This document shows, one piece after another, positions 1-9,629 of a DNA stretch of 64,000 nucleotides. How positions within the stretch are numbered: the stretch's first letter is position 1; every line of letters begins with the position of its first letter. A program made the translations under genes and the position numbers. Below the pieces are notes generated by a model that was given only the letters and a program-made list of their open reading frames with translations, searched no databases and was not told where the DNA came from. This stretch comes from a virus: positions 95,436 through 159,435 of IMG/VR virus record IMGVR_UViG_3300007734_000759; one strand, 5' to 3'.

Positions 1-1
1 T

Positions 2-211
2 CAAACTTTAGGACCTGTAATGGATATGCTAAAAGCATCAGGAACCCCTGTTAAGAAAATTAACGTAGACTACGACACACAGTACGTGCAAGAATATAAC
101 GTAATGAATATTCCTACCATCATTCTATTTGAGGAAGGAAGAGGGGAGTTGGGACGTCGGACAGGAGTACAAACTCAACAGTCGCTCATGGAGTGGTTTA
201 ATAATGGATAA
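2..211 (+). CDS. Thioredoxin, 5' truncated by the window edge
   Basis: Frame is open from position 2 (QTLGPVM...). KINVD...YNVMNIPT is the typical thioredoxin C-terminal half; the CxxC motif lies upstream of the window. Confidence 0.75.
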   Translation, partial: QTLGPVMDMLKASGTPVKKINVDYDTQYVQEYNVMNIPTIILFEEGRGELGRRTGVQTQQSLMEWFNNG

Positions 212-268
212 GATGCAGTGGATTACTACAACGACATTTGGAGAAATAAAATACAAGTACATAGTAAA

Positions 269-1042
269 ATGAATAAAAGAATACAAGATTACGATAAAGT
301 ACTTCCAGTTTTAGAACTATACGTATGCGTTCAATCTGAAGGTTCTCGTCAAGGAAGACCTACGGTAGCAGTACGAACTACAGGATGTACTCATAGATGC
401 TACTTCGGTGAAGGTGGTTGGTGTGATAGCTGGTATACAAGTATTCATCCGGAGAAAGGAAAGTTTACATTTAACGACATTGTTAGAATGTATGACGAGA
501 ATCCAACCATCAAAGAAATGATGTTGACAGGAGGATCACCCACAATGCACCCAGCTCTAATTAACGAACTTACCCACTTTGCAAATGAAAGAGGTATCAT
601 CATCACAATGGAGACTGAAGGGTCGCATTACGTTGAAACTGACTACCCGATCGGATTACTTTCACTGAGTCCTAAGTTTGGTAACAGTGTACCTCAGGTA
701 GGAGCAGTAACACCTATGGGAGATGTTGTCGATGAGAAGTTTGTAAAACAACACAACAAGTTTCGTCTAAACTACTCAGCAATCAAAGCAATGATGGACT
801 TCCATTCCGACTATCATTTGAAACCGGTATGGGATGGAACAGAAGAAAACCTACAGGAGATTGAAGATGCTCGAGTGTTTTTAGAGATTCCAAAAGAGAA
901 AGTATGGTTAATGCCAGCAGGTGATACTAGAGAGGAACTTATTAAGATGTATCCTATCTCAATTGAGAAAGCAGCAGAGATGGGTTATAACTGGACAGGT
1001 AGAGATCACATCATAGCATACGATACTAAACGAGGAGTTTGA
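269..1042 (+). CDS. queE: 7-carboxy-7-deazaguanine synthase (radical SAM QueE)
   Basis: ELYVCVQSEG...G.P.V.VRTTGC, WCDSWY, LTGGSP, ETEG and LSLSPK motifs. Start placed at ATG 269 rather than GTG 218. Confidence 0.9.
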   Translation: MNKRIQDYDKVLPVLELYVCVQSEGSRQGRPTVAVRTTGCTHRCYFGEGGWCDSWYTSIHPEKGKFTFNDIVRMYDENPTIKEMMLTGGSPTMHPALINELTHFANERGIIITMETEGSHYVETDYPIGLLSLSPKFGNSVPQVGAVTPMGDVVDEKFVKQHNKFRLNYSAIKAMMDFHSDYHLKPVWDGTEENLQEIEDARVFLEIPKEKVWLMPAGDTREELIKMYPISIEKAAEMGYNWTGRDHIIAYDTKRGV

Positions 1043-1053
1043 TATTTATCTCT

Positions 1054-1359
1054 ATGAAAGATATTAAAACACCACAAGATTTTAAGGAAGCCTTGCAATC
1101 GCACAGCGAGGCTTTCTTTTTTCTATACTCAAACGGATGTGAGAGCTGTAGAGAGATTAAACCACAGGTAAGACTGTTTGAAAGTAAAACACAATCACAT
1201 GCTCCTTTCTACAACGTTTCAACTTATGGAAAAGAAGCTTTAGTAGAAAGTCTTAAACTAGAATGGGTACCTACTTTAATTCACTTAACAGAGGGTAAAG
1301 TAAGACGTATCGAAGGAGCAGATAAAATTTTAGATTACATCAATGAACGTCCTTTTTGA
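1054..1359 (+). CDS. Thioredoxin-like protein
   Basis: CESC active site and WVPT cis-Pro loop; TATTTAT at 1043 precedes ATG 1054. Confidence 0.75.
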   Translation: MKDIKTPQDFKEALQSHSEAFFFLYSNGCESCREIKPQVRLFESKTQSHAPFYNVSTYGKEALVESLKLEWVPTLIHLTEGKVRRIEGADKILDYINERPF

Positions 1360-1867
1360 CAGAAAAACAATCCAGGCCAGAGTAGAATACCTAGCTGTAA
1401 AGATATCGCAAGACCATTACGATGACCCAACACCAGTTGTATTCATCTGTCTTTTGAATGGAGGATATATGTTCTTTTCCGATCTTACAAGAGAAATAGA
1501 CTTTCCAATCGAGTGTGAGTTTATGAGAGTAAAGAGTTACGTATCTAAAAAGAAACAAGGGGATATTCAAATCACAAAAGATCTAGAAACTCCAGTCACA
1601 GGTAAGCACGTCTACATCGTAGACGACATTTACGATACAGGTAACACTATGAAAGCAGTAGCAGAGTACTTACATATTAAAGAACCTGCTTCTATTAATA
1701 TGGTTACACTCACGAAGAGAAGAGAAAACAAAATCAATCCAACAGAGATTCCACATATTAGATCTTTCCTATATGGGTTTGAAATTAACGATGAGTGGAT
1801 TATCGGATACGGCTGCGATAAAGAAGACGGCACAGGAAGGAACATTCCAGGAATCGTTGCAATCTAA
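1343..1867 (+). CDS. hpt: Hypoxanthine/guanine phosphoribosyltransferase
   Basis: CLLNGG, VKSY, PRPP-binding YIVDDIYDTGNT, and WIIGYGCD...RN. Confidence 0.9.
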   Translation: MNVLFDRKTIQARVEYLAVKISQDHYDDPTPVVFICLLNGGYMFFSDLTREIDFPIECEFMRVKSYVSKKKQGDIQITKDLETPVTGKHVYIVDDIYDTGNTMKAVAEYLHIKEPASINMVTLTKRRENKINPTEIPHIRSFLYGFEINDEWIIGYGCDKEDGTGRNIPGIVAI

Positions 1868-1896
1868 TCAATTGTTTTGTATATTAAGAGAAAAAT

Positions 1897-2376
1897 ATGT
1901 TTTTAAACGCACATCAAATCGAACCCTTAATTCAAGGAACACCAGGAAAGAAAGCTCAAGTAGGTATTGATCTTACCGTTTGTGATATCAAATCAATCCA
2001 CGGAGGAGCTTTATTGAAAGATAAAACAGAACTACAACCCTACGCAACTAAGGCGTTAGACACCTTTGACGGTAAAGAAGGATGGTACCTAATCTCAGGA
2101 CATGCTTACTCAGTAACATTTGACCAAGGAGTTAAACTAGGAAGTATTCACACAGCCTTTATTCGACACCGTAGTTCTCTCTTACGTATGGGATGGACCT
2201 GTACAAGCGGAGTATACGATCCAGGATTCGAAGTAGATCAAATGGGAGCAGTGCTTATGGGTAATTGTAATATCTTCATCGAGAAAGGAGCTCGCATTGC
2301 TCAGATTGTTGTAGCAGAAAATTATAATGCAGACCTCTACAATGGCCAATGGCAGGGTCAAAAGGATGTTAAGTAG
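1897..2376 (+). CDS. dCTP deaminase / dUTPase (trimeric family)
   Basis: GIDL, RSSLLR, GVYDPGF, GARIAQ and YNGQWQG motifs. Confidence 0.8.
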   Translation: MFLNAHQIEPLIQGTPGKKAQVGIDLTVCDIKSIHGGALLKDKTELQPYATKALDTFDGKEGWYLISGHAYSVTFDQGVKLGSIHTAFIRHRSSLLRMGWTCTSGVYDPGFEVDQMGAVLMGNCNIFIEKGARIAQIVVAENYNADLYNGQWQGQKDVK

Positions 2377-2406
2377 TAATGTAGACTATTTATTATAAAA
2401 CATAAG

Positions 2407-3267
2407 ATGGCACGAGTATTAAACGAGCAATTTATTAGAATGCAAAAGCTTGCTGGAGTAATTACAGAAGGTGAGTATAAGATGAAGATGCAAGAAGCTG
2501 ATGAACAACAACTTGAAAAAGTAGCAGATGCAGTTGAAAAAAAGGCAGAACAAGTTGCAGACGATCCTGAAAAAGCAAAACAAATATTAGCCGCAGTGAA
2601 GGCGGCAGGTATAGATATGAATCTCGTAGCACAAGCAGCTGCGCAACTCAAACAGGGAAAAGATCCTAAAGATGTTTTAACATCGATAGATAGTAAAGCA
2701 CAAAAGGAAGTCACAGAAGGAGACAATGATAGTGTAAAAACATCTAAAACAAAGAAACTGTTACAGAACATGGGGCTAGGCTTCCTAGTTGGCGGATCAG
2801 CAGGATTCCTGGGTGCAGCAGGTATAGCAGGAGCAGCATTACTTTCAGGACCAGTTGCACCAGCTGTACTTTTTGCTGCTTTCCTATTAGGAGGAGGAGC
2901 GATAGGAGCAGGAATCGGCGCAGCCAATACCAACCGAGGCGATACAGGAGGTAACATACCAGACTACATACTTATTCAGAACGCCCAAAAGGATTTTGAC
3001 GAAGAGCAAGACAAAGCTTACAGAGAAACAGGCCGTCATAGAGAAACACCTAAAAGGGATCAAATTTATATTGTCGATAACGGTGCTACACCCGAAGAAC
3101 TTAAAGGTAAGGATTTATGGAGAAGAAGTTACAAAAATCGGGATGTATTGATTGATTTGTCAAACATTCCTATCTCAACAGACCGGCGTTTCGTACTATC
3201 TCCCGAATTAGAAAAAGAAAAAGAAGAATTAGCTCGACTTTCAGATAAGGCATGGCGAGGACGTTGA
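2407..3267 (+). CDS. Protein with RMQKLAG N-terminal tag and glycine-zipper hydrophobic segment (putative virion cargo)
   Basis: LNEQFIRMQKLAGVITE N-terminus shared with 8836, 9174 and 40785; Gly/Ala-rich hydrophobic stretch at about aa 121-172; TATTTAT at 2387. Confidence 0.7.
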   Translation: MARVLNEQFIRMQKLAGVITEGEYKMKMQEADEQQLEKVADAVEKKAEQVADDPEKAKQILAAVKAAGIDMNLVAQAAAQLKQGKDPKDVLTSIDSKAQKEVTEGDNDSVKTSKTKKLLQNMGLGFLVGGSAGFLGAAGIAGAALLSGPVAPAVLFAAFLLGGGAIGAGIGAANTNRGDTGGNIPDYILIQNAQKDFDEEQDKAYRETGRHRETPKRDQIYIVDNGATPEELKGKDLWRRSYKNRDVLIDLSNIPISTDRRFVLSPELEKEKEELARLSDKAWRGR

Positions 3268-3303
3268 GTAATATTATAAACTATATTCTTAAAAAATCTT
3301 AAC

Positions 3304-3327
3304 AAGCCAACTTTATGTTGGCTTTTT
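3304..3327 (+). terminator. Intrinsic terminator overlapping the next promoter
   Basis: AAGCCAAC-TTTAT-GTTGGCTT followed by a T-run. Confidence 0.75.
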
Positions 3328-3353
3328 CTTTTTCTGTGCGTATCTTTAAGTAT

Positions 3354-3695
3354 ATGAAAAAATACATAGAAGTAAGATTAGACATTGAAGGTTTACACAA
3401 CTGGCCAGATTGTAACCTACCACACGTAGATTATTTAGCACATCTACATCGTCACACATTCCAGATCTTCTGTAGATCAGAAGTTAGCCATGGTAATCGA
3501 GATATTGAATTCATCGATCTCAAGCACAGAGTTAAGAAGTACATTGCCAACACTTGGTACGATCCAGCTTACGGATGCTGCAACTTTGGTGCAATGAGTT
3601 GTGAAATGATTGCCGAAGACCTACTAAACTATTTTGGATTTTGTAGAGTATCTGTATCAGAAGATGGTGAGTTTTTTGGAATTGTTGAAATCTAA
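3354..3695 (+). CDS. QueD-paralogue T-fold protein, DpdL-like (putative CDG decarboxylase)
   Basis: Carries LAHLHRHTF (LxxxHRHxF) in place of QueD CxxxHGH; also RDIEF, SCEMIA and VSEDGE. Start ATG 3354 directly follows a promoter box. Confidence 0.7.
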   Translation: MKKYIEVRLDIEGLHNWPDCNLPHVDYLAHLHRHTFQIFCRSEVSHGNRDIEFIDLKHRVKKYIANTWYDPAYGCCNFGAMSCEMIAEDLLNYFGFCRVSVSEDGEFFGIVEI

Positions 3696-4177
3696 TGAAA
3701 GTATTGTTCCTATTCGGAGAGATCTGCTCAGGTAAGAGCACATATGATCCAGGAGCTGAGTATCACAGATACACAGTATCATCAGTAGTTAAAAAAATAA
3801 TGCAAACAGAGGATAGAGCATTGCTTCAAGATTCTAAACACCTTACCGAGCACATTGCAAACACGATTTGTGAAGACATCTTCTACTATCAGAATTTTGT
3901 ATTCGTTGATGAGCAAAGTACTCCTCAATATTTCGTGGTAGACGGGATTAGACAGTATGAAATACTAACTATCATTGAAGATTATTTGACACGTACCTAC
4001 CCGAGTTTAACACTGGAATACAAGTGGTTGGAAGTGGATCGAGAAGAACGTAAACGTAGATTTGAAGCTCGTAAGGATGTTAAAGATACTTTATCATTTG
4101 AAGAAGCAGAAAAAAGAGATAATGAGTTGGGATTATCAACTTTATTTAGTATATTAAAAGAACAAAATAAAATTTAA
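3695..4177 (+). CDS. P-loop nucleoside monophosphate kinase-like protein
   Basis: GEICSGKS Walker A, VVDGIR, and ERKRRFEAR lid. Confidence 0.7.
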   Translation: MKVLFLFGEICSGKSTYDPGAEYHRYTVSSVVKKIMQTEDRALLQDSKHLTEHIANTICEDIFYYQNFVFVDEQSTPQYFVVDGIRQYEILTIIEDYLTRTYPSLTLEYKWLEVDREERKRRFEARKDVKDTLSFEEAEKRDNELGLSTLFSILKEQNKI

Positions 4178-4179
4178 GT

Positions 4180-4821
4180 ATGGAGTTATTGAAAAAGCCT
4201 AATGGCAACATTGTACGAACTGAGGAGGAAAAAGCTCAAATGATCGAACAAGCAGCTGTGTATTATGGTCAGTTTTTGAACGCTTTAGGGTTTGACTGGG
4301 CTGCTGATGCACACTCAGCAGATACCCCACGTCGAGTGGCTAAAGCATGGGTACATGATTTAATTAAAGGATCAATTAATGCAGAGCCGAAAATTACTGC
4401 TTTTCCTAATGATGAAGGGTACACGGGTATTATAGCACAAACAAGGATACCGGTGGTGAGTATGTGCGCACACCACAACTTGCAATTCGTTGGTATCTGC
4501 CATGCGGCCTACATACCAGGAAAGGAAAACACCGACATGGTTATTGGCCTAAGCAAGCTGAACCGCATTGTAGATTTCTATGCTCGCAGACCTCAGATTC
4601 AGGAAAGTTTGACCAAACAGATCCATGATCATATTGATCGTTTATGTGTAGGTAATCGTGGAGTTGCTGTGGTAATCGAATCACAACACAATTGTGTACG
4701 TTGTCGACAACTTAACCACGAAAGTGTTATGAAAACCTCTCAACTATCTGGATACTTCTTCACGAATGAAATAGGCACTCGCACTGAGTTGTTTTCTCTA
4801 ATCGAGAACTCCAGACTTTAA
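4180..4821 (+). CDS. folE: GTP cyclohydrolase I
   Basis: DTPRRVAK, SMCAHH, GLSKLNRIV, RRPQIQE and HNCVRCR motifs. Confidence 0.95.
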   Translation: MELLKKPNGNIVRTEEEKAQMIEQAAVYYGQFLNALGFDWAADAHSADTPRRVAKAWVHDLIKGSINAEPKITAFPNDEGYTGIIAQTRIPVVSMCAHHNLQFVGICHAAYIPGKENTDMVIGLSKLNRIVDFYARRPQIQESLTKQIHDHIDRLCVGNRGVAVVIESQHNCVRCRQLNHESVMKTSQLSGYFFTNEIGTRTELFSLIENSRL

Positions 4822-4864
4822 TCTTTCAGGAATGTCGGCTATTTATTACAAATAAACTAATACA

Positions 4865-5614
4865 ATGGCTGACATTTCATCTATTAAAGTTAACAAAGGA
4901 GATGTGTTTGGACACTGGACTGTTGTAAGCATCTACACAGCCCAGAAGGTTGAGTGTGTATGTAGATGTGGGTATGTTAAAGAACAAAGACAAACAGACC
5001 TACTCAGAGGGGCAACTAAACAATGTCCAAGTTGCTATGCTAAAAAACCTAAGGCAGGAATTGAAACAGGAAAGAGGTTTGGTAAGTGGACGGTTGTCGA
5101 CGTTGAGGACTATACCTACCTGTATAGGAGGAATGGAAAGGTACTAGAGAGGCAGTATAGATGTATTTGCGATTGTGGAACAGAAAAGTACATCAGAACA
5201 TCACACATAACCAGAGGGCTATCAAAACAATGTGGCACGTGCCGTATGATGGATTACTCGGTAAGTACCGTAGGTTGTATACCAACCACAGATATTAAGA
5301 GGTATAAGGCAGGAGCAGCCAAGCGAAATAAGGAATGGAATATCACTTCCGAGTACTTATACGAACTATACGAGAAGCAAAATAGGCTTTGTGCTCTGAC
5401 AGGTATACCCATACAGTTTTCTCAAAAAGGTATAGGGACTCCAGGAGCTAAGGATGTTAGCACAGCTTCTCTTGATCGAATAGATTCGACGAAAGGGTAC
5501 ACACCTGATAACATACAGTGGATACATAAGGATGTAAATAAAATGAAAATGGATTTGGAAGAACTAAATTTTCTTCGTATAGTTAAACAAATATACGAAT
5601 ACAAACAACTATAA
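4865..5614 (+). CDS. Free-standing HNH-type homing endonuclease with repeated zinc-ribbon modules
   Basis: Two FG.WTV...C.C.CG...C..C repeats; CALTG...SLDRIDSTKGY...NIQW...N nuclease core. Confidence 0.8.
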   Translation: MADISSIKVNKGDVFGHWTVVSIYTAQKVECVCRCGYVKEQRQTDLLRGATKQCPSCYAKKPKAGIETGKRFGKWTVVDVEDYTYLYRRNGKVLERQYRCICDCGTEKYIRTSHITRGLSKQCGTCRMMDYSVSTVGCIPTTDIKRYKAGAAKRNKEWNITSEYLYELYEKQNRLCALTGIPIQFSQKGIGTPGAKDVSTASLDRIDSTKGYTPDNIQWIHKDVNKMKMDLEELNFLRIVKQIYEYKQL

Positions 5615-5624
5615 AAAAATTAAT

Positions 5625-6419
5625 ATGATGGATTTCTATGTAATATCTCCAGTAAGTGATCTTTCACCTATGGATCTAGGTAACCGAATCTTCGTATTGG
5701 CTCACCTATGGGTACAGTTCCCACACTATCAGAATCACATTCTACAGAAAAAGGAAGAAGGATACTGGATTACCTTAGATAACTCTGCAGCAGAACGAGC
5801 TCTAGTAACAGAGGATGTATTAATTGACGTATGCCACGAATTGATGCCTGACGAAGTAATTGCACCTGATGTATTGTTCGATAAGGATGCAACTATCCAA
5901 AACGCAATCAAGTTTAGAGAGCGAATGGAAGAAGAAGGATTGTTAGGTACTATCGACATCTTCTTTTGCCCTCAAGGAGCAACTAAAGAGGATTGGTTAG
6001 AGGCATACGAATGGGGTATCAACCAAGACTGGATTAATGTAATTGGTTTCTCTAAGATTGCTATTCCAAATGCATGGCTTCCAGAGTGGAAAGATGATCA
6101 AGGAATCAAAGAAGCTCGTCATGCAGCATACGATTACCTGAAGGAAAGAGATATGTTAAAGAAGCCTATCCATTGCCTTGGCCAGGGGGATCCAACAGAA
6201 TTCACATACTACGACCATCCAATGATGCGAAGCACAGACTCAGTATTCCCAGTACTAGCTGCTTCTTTAGGACAGGACTTCCGCATTGATCACGAGACTC
6301 GTACTCCAACACCTCACAACTTCTTAGAGACTTACGATATGAGTAAAGTAGATAAGGAGCTTATCAGAGCTAATGTTGAGTTCTTGAAGATGAGTTGTAC
6401 AGGAGATCTATTAATCTAA
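5625..6419 (+). CDS. TGT/DpdA-like TIM-barrel protein (7-deazaguanine insertion or transfer)
   Basis: LDNS, IAPD, PQG, IHCLG and RSTDS match TGT-fold motifs; lies between folE and polA. Confidence 0.65.
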   Translation: MMDFYVISPVSDLSPMDLGNRIFVLAHLWVQFPHYQNHILQKKEEGYWITLDNSAAERALVTEDVLIDVCHELMPDEVIAPDVLFDKDATIQNAIKFRERMEEEGLLGTIDIFFCPQGATKEDWLEAYEWGINQDWINVIGFSKIAIPNAWLPEWKDDQGIKEARHAAYDYLKERDMLKKPIHCLGQGDPTEFTYYDHPMMRSTDSVFPVLAASLGQDFRIDHETRTPTPHNFLETYDMSKVDKELIRANVEFLKMSCTGDLLI

Positions 6420-6441
6420 CACACCACCCAGATGATAAATC

Positions 6442-6470
6442 AAGCCAACTTTTTGTTGGCTTTTTTATTT
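6442..6470 (+). terminator. Intrinsic terminator overlapping the polA promoter
   Basis: AAGCCAAC-TTTTT-GTTGGCTT plus T-run (same stem as at 3304); TATCTTTA follows at 6479. Confidence 0.75.
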
Positions 6471-6492
6471 TTTATGCGTATCTTTAATCAAT

Positions 6493-8799
6493 ATGAGCAA
6501 TAAGAGTTATAAAATCATTACTACGCAAGAAGGTGTAGTTGAGTTGATGGAACATATCGAAAAGCATAACATAATAGCTTTTGATACTGAAACCACAACC
6601 TTGAATCCAAGACACGGACAGATCATTGGATTCTCAGTATCAGGGCAAATAGGAGAGGGATATTATTTTCCTACTCGTATTTGGAACCCTACTTCTCAAC
6701 AAATCGAAGACTTAGAGATAGCAGGAATATCTTGTGATAAGATTGCAAAGAAGTTATTGAAGATGTTAGTAGGTAAACAGCTTGTCATGCACAACGCATC
6801 ATTCGATACTCGATACACTAAGAACTTCTACGGTATAGACTTACTTCCTTCTCTATGGGTCGATACAGGATTGCTAGTACATACAGTACAGGAAGAAGGA
6901 GCTTTTGGATTTGGTAATCCTTTTGGATTGAAATCTATTGCAATCATGGTTCAGAAAGAGATTGGACTTGATGTAGAGAAAGCAGCTAACGAAGAGCAGT
7001 TAATCCTTAAAGAGAATATCAAAGCTAACGGAGGATCAACCACAAAGGAAAACTTTGAAATCTTCAAAGCAGATATGCAAATACTTGGAGAATATGCTGC
7101 AGCAGATACTGACTTAACTTTACGAATCTGTAATCACTTTTTAGAAATCTTAGAGAAAGAAGGTCTAACTGATTTCTTTTTTGAGGAAGAAGTTATGCCT
7201 CTATACCGAGAAGTAACAGTTCTAATGGAGGACAGAGGTATTGCTTTGGATATGGAACTGATCGAAAAGACAGATACACAGATTCAAGAAGATCAGAGAC
7301 TGTATGGTAAGAAGGTACTAGATTCTCTGATGGCTTTACCTAAGACAAGAGAATGGATTATCGATCAAGCATTTAAAGAATGTCCACCATCCCATAAAGG
7401 AAAGTGGGCAAGTGTATACGCTGAGATGCGACAACTACCACTACCTAAGACAGCTAAAGGATATTCTTTAACAGCAAAAACATTAGCAGTACTTACTGAT
7501 CCTATGGATATTGCTTTTTTAAAGGACGGAAATATCGAAGCAGTACCTGAGGAATTCAGAGCTAAGATCTCTCTAAAACTATGGAAAGAGAAGAACGATG
7601 GAGTTTACATCAACATCCAATCAAAAGTCCAGCTAGGAGATATTGCATTCAACTACTTAGGTATTAAGCCACTATCAACAACTGCAAAAGGAAAACCACA
7701 GTTTGATGATGATATATTAGAGGCACTTGCTCCTAAACACGACTGGGCAGAGAACTTACGAATCTATAACAAGCTATTGAAGATTAAATCTACATACATT
7801 GATAGGTTCTATCTTAAAGCAGAGGATGGAATCTTCTATCCCTACTTTAAACAAAACGGAACAGTATCAGGACGTTATGGATCGGACATGCAACAGCTTC
7901 CCAAACCAAAAGAGGATGGAGAGGCAGCAGAGATTGTAGTTAGATACAATAACGAGATTCGAGCTTTCTTCAAAAGCAGACCAGGCTATAAGTTTGTAGA
8001 TTGCGACTACGAATCATTAGAACCTCACTTATTTGCTTCAGTATCGGATGATAAGAACCTGCAAGAGATCTTTAATAACGGATATGACTTCTACTCCTAT
8101 GTAGCGATTAGAACTGAGAAGATGGAAGGAGTATCCGCAGATAAGAAAGCACCTAACTTTTTGAAGAAAGTAGATCCAGTAAAGAGACAAAGAGCTAAGT
8201 CGTATTCACTTGGAATGGCTTATGGTATGAGTCCTTATGCATTAGCGATGTCGTTAGGAATTGATAAGAAGGAAGGAGCACAACTGCACTCTGCTTACTT
8301 AGAAGGGTTCCCTGGTGTAGCTAACTGGATTGATAAGTCAAGAGAGCATTTCAAAGAACACGGATACGTTAAGAATAAAGTAGGACGTATTAGACATTTG
8401 AATAAAGGTAAAGAAGTGTACGATGTACTAGGAGAATCTATTATGGATTTCAAAGTACGTAAGACTCTTTCACAGGAATATGGAACAGAAGCAGTACAAA
8501 AGTGGTATGGAGATTACAGAAACGCTCTGAACAACTGTTTGAACTTTCAAATCCAATCCTTTGCAGCATCAGTAGTGAATAGAGCAGCGCTAGCAATCAA
8601 TAGAGCTTTCAAAGAAAGAGGATGGGATGCACAAGTAATAGCACAGATCCATGACCAATTAGTTATGGAAGTGGCAGAGGAACACGCAGAGGAAGCAGCT
8701 AAGATTGTACAGCATCTAATGCAAACAACCACACAACCTCCAGGCATCACTCTAAAAGCACCACCAGAGATCGCAACTAACCTTAGAGATGGGCATTAA
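6493..8799 (+). CDS. polA: Family A DNA polymerase with 3'-5' exonuclease
   Basis: FDTETT, HNASFD and YAAAD exonuclease motifs; GTVSGR, DYESLE (motif A), RQRAKSYSLGMAYG (B), NFQIQS and QIHD (C). Confidence 0.95.
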   Translation: MSNKSYKIITTQEGVVELMEHIEKHNIIAFDTETTTLNPRHGQIIGFSVSGQIGEGYYFPTRIWNPTSQQIEDLEIAGISCDKIAKKLLKMLVGKQLVMHNASFDTRYTKNFYGIDLLPSLWVDTGLLVHTVQEEGAFGFGNPFGLKSIAIMVQKEIGLDVEKAANEEQLILKENIKANGGSTTKENFEIFKADMQILGEYAAADTDLTLRICNHFLEILEKEGLTDFFFEEEVMPLYREVTVLMEDRGIALDMELIEKTDTQIQEDQRLYGKKVLDSLMALPKTREWIIDQAFKECPPSHKGKWASVYAEMRQLPLPKTAKGYSLTAKTLAVLTDPMDIAFLKDGNIEAVPEEFRAKISLKLWKEKNDGVYINIQSKVQLGDIAFNYLGIKPLSTTAKGKPQFDDDILEALAPKHDWAENLRIYNKLLKIKSTYIDRFYLKAEDGIFYPYFKQNGTVSGRYGSDMQQLPKPKEDGEAAEIVVRYNNEIRAFFKSRPGYKFVDCDYESLEPHLFASVSDDKNLQEIFNNGYDFYSYVAIRTEKMEGVSADKKAPNFLKKVDPVKRQRAKSYSLGMAYGMSPYALAMSLGIDKKEGAQLHSAYLEGFPGVANWIDKSREHFKEHGYVKNKVGRIRHLNKGKEVYDVLGESIMDFKVRKTLSQEYGTEAVQKWYGDYRNALNNCLNFQIQSFAASVVNRAALAINRAFKERGWDAQVIAQIHDQLVMEVAEEHAEEAAKIVQHLMQTTTQPPGITLKAPPEIATNLRDGH

Positions 8800-8835
8800 T
8801 CGTGAACAACAGACTATTTATAATTAAAAACAAAT

Positions 8836-9162
8836 ATGAAACAACCATTAAATGAACAATTCCGCAGAATGCAAAAACTTGCTGGAATTATTACTGAAGG
8901 AATGTCATCTACCGCTACTTACGAAGGCGATCCTGTAACTATAGTTGCAATGTATGATAACATTGGAGATGCTGTTGAAGGAGCAAAGAAATACTTAGAC
9001 GGAGGTAATGGAGAGATCACCTCAGATCAGTGGATGGATGCTGATGGAAGATATTATATGCAAGATCTTGCTGGAAGCACTCAAATTGCTCACATCGCAG
9101 GCGTAGGAGAAGTTCCAGGATCTCAACCACCTATGTTAGTAGATGCTTCTGAGCTAGACTAA
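8836..9162 (+). CDS. RMQKLAG-tagged small acidic protein
   Basis: MKQPLNEQFRRMQKLAGIITEG leader; TATTTAT at 8815. Confidence 0.75.
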   Translation: MKQPLNEQFRRMQKLAGIITEGMSSTATYEGDPVTIVAMYDNIGDAVEGAKKYLDGGNGEITSDQWMDADGRYYMQDLAGSTQIAHIAGVGEVPGSQPPMLVDASELD

Positions 9163-9173
9163 TAAAAACAAAT

Positions 9174-9491
9174 ATGAAACAACAACTAAATGAGCAATTC
9201 CGCAGAATGCAAAAACTTGCTGGAATTATCACCGAAGGAATGGAAGGTGGAACACAGTACGACATACTACAGAATGGTGAAGGAGGAGAGGATTTTTTCC
9301 AAGATAAAGAAGAGATAGTACAATACTTTGAACGCCGAGGAATACTAAACTTTGAACTAGAAGATGGTGAGCAGATCAGCGTAGAGGATGGAGTTGATAG
9401 AATGATGAATGGAGAGACTCTGGTAGTAACAAACGAAGAGTTGGTAGAGATGGGAGATGACTATGCTGAATGGTCTGTTGAAGAAGTGTAA
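9174..9491 (+). CDS. RMQKLAG-tagged small acidic protein
   Basis: Same leader as 8836 with an unrelated C-terminal domain. Confidence 0.75.
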   Translation: MKQQLNEQFRRMQKLAGIITEGMEGGTQYDILQNGEGGEDFFQDKEEIVQYFERRGILNFELEDGEQISVEDGVDRMMNGETLVVTNEELVEMGDDYAEWSVEEV

Positions 9492-9517
9492 TAGTAATTT
9501 ATTATAAAAATTTTTAC

Positions 9518-9546
9518 AAAGAGCCTTGCCAACGCAAGGCTTTTTT
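9518..9546 (+). terminator. Intrinsic terminator
   Basis: AAAGAGCCTTGC-CAAC-GCAAGGCTTTTT. Confidence 0.8.
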
Positions 9547-9629
9547 GTTATATTAAGATATGTATTAGAGACCCAAGGGCAAAACTAAATTTATTGTTAA
9601 ACTAAAAAACCATCTTAGGAGGTAAAATT

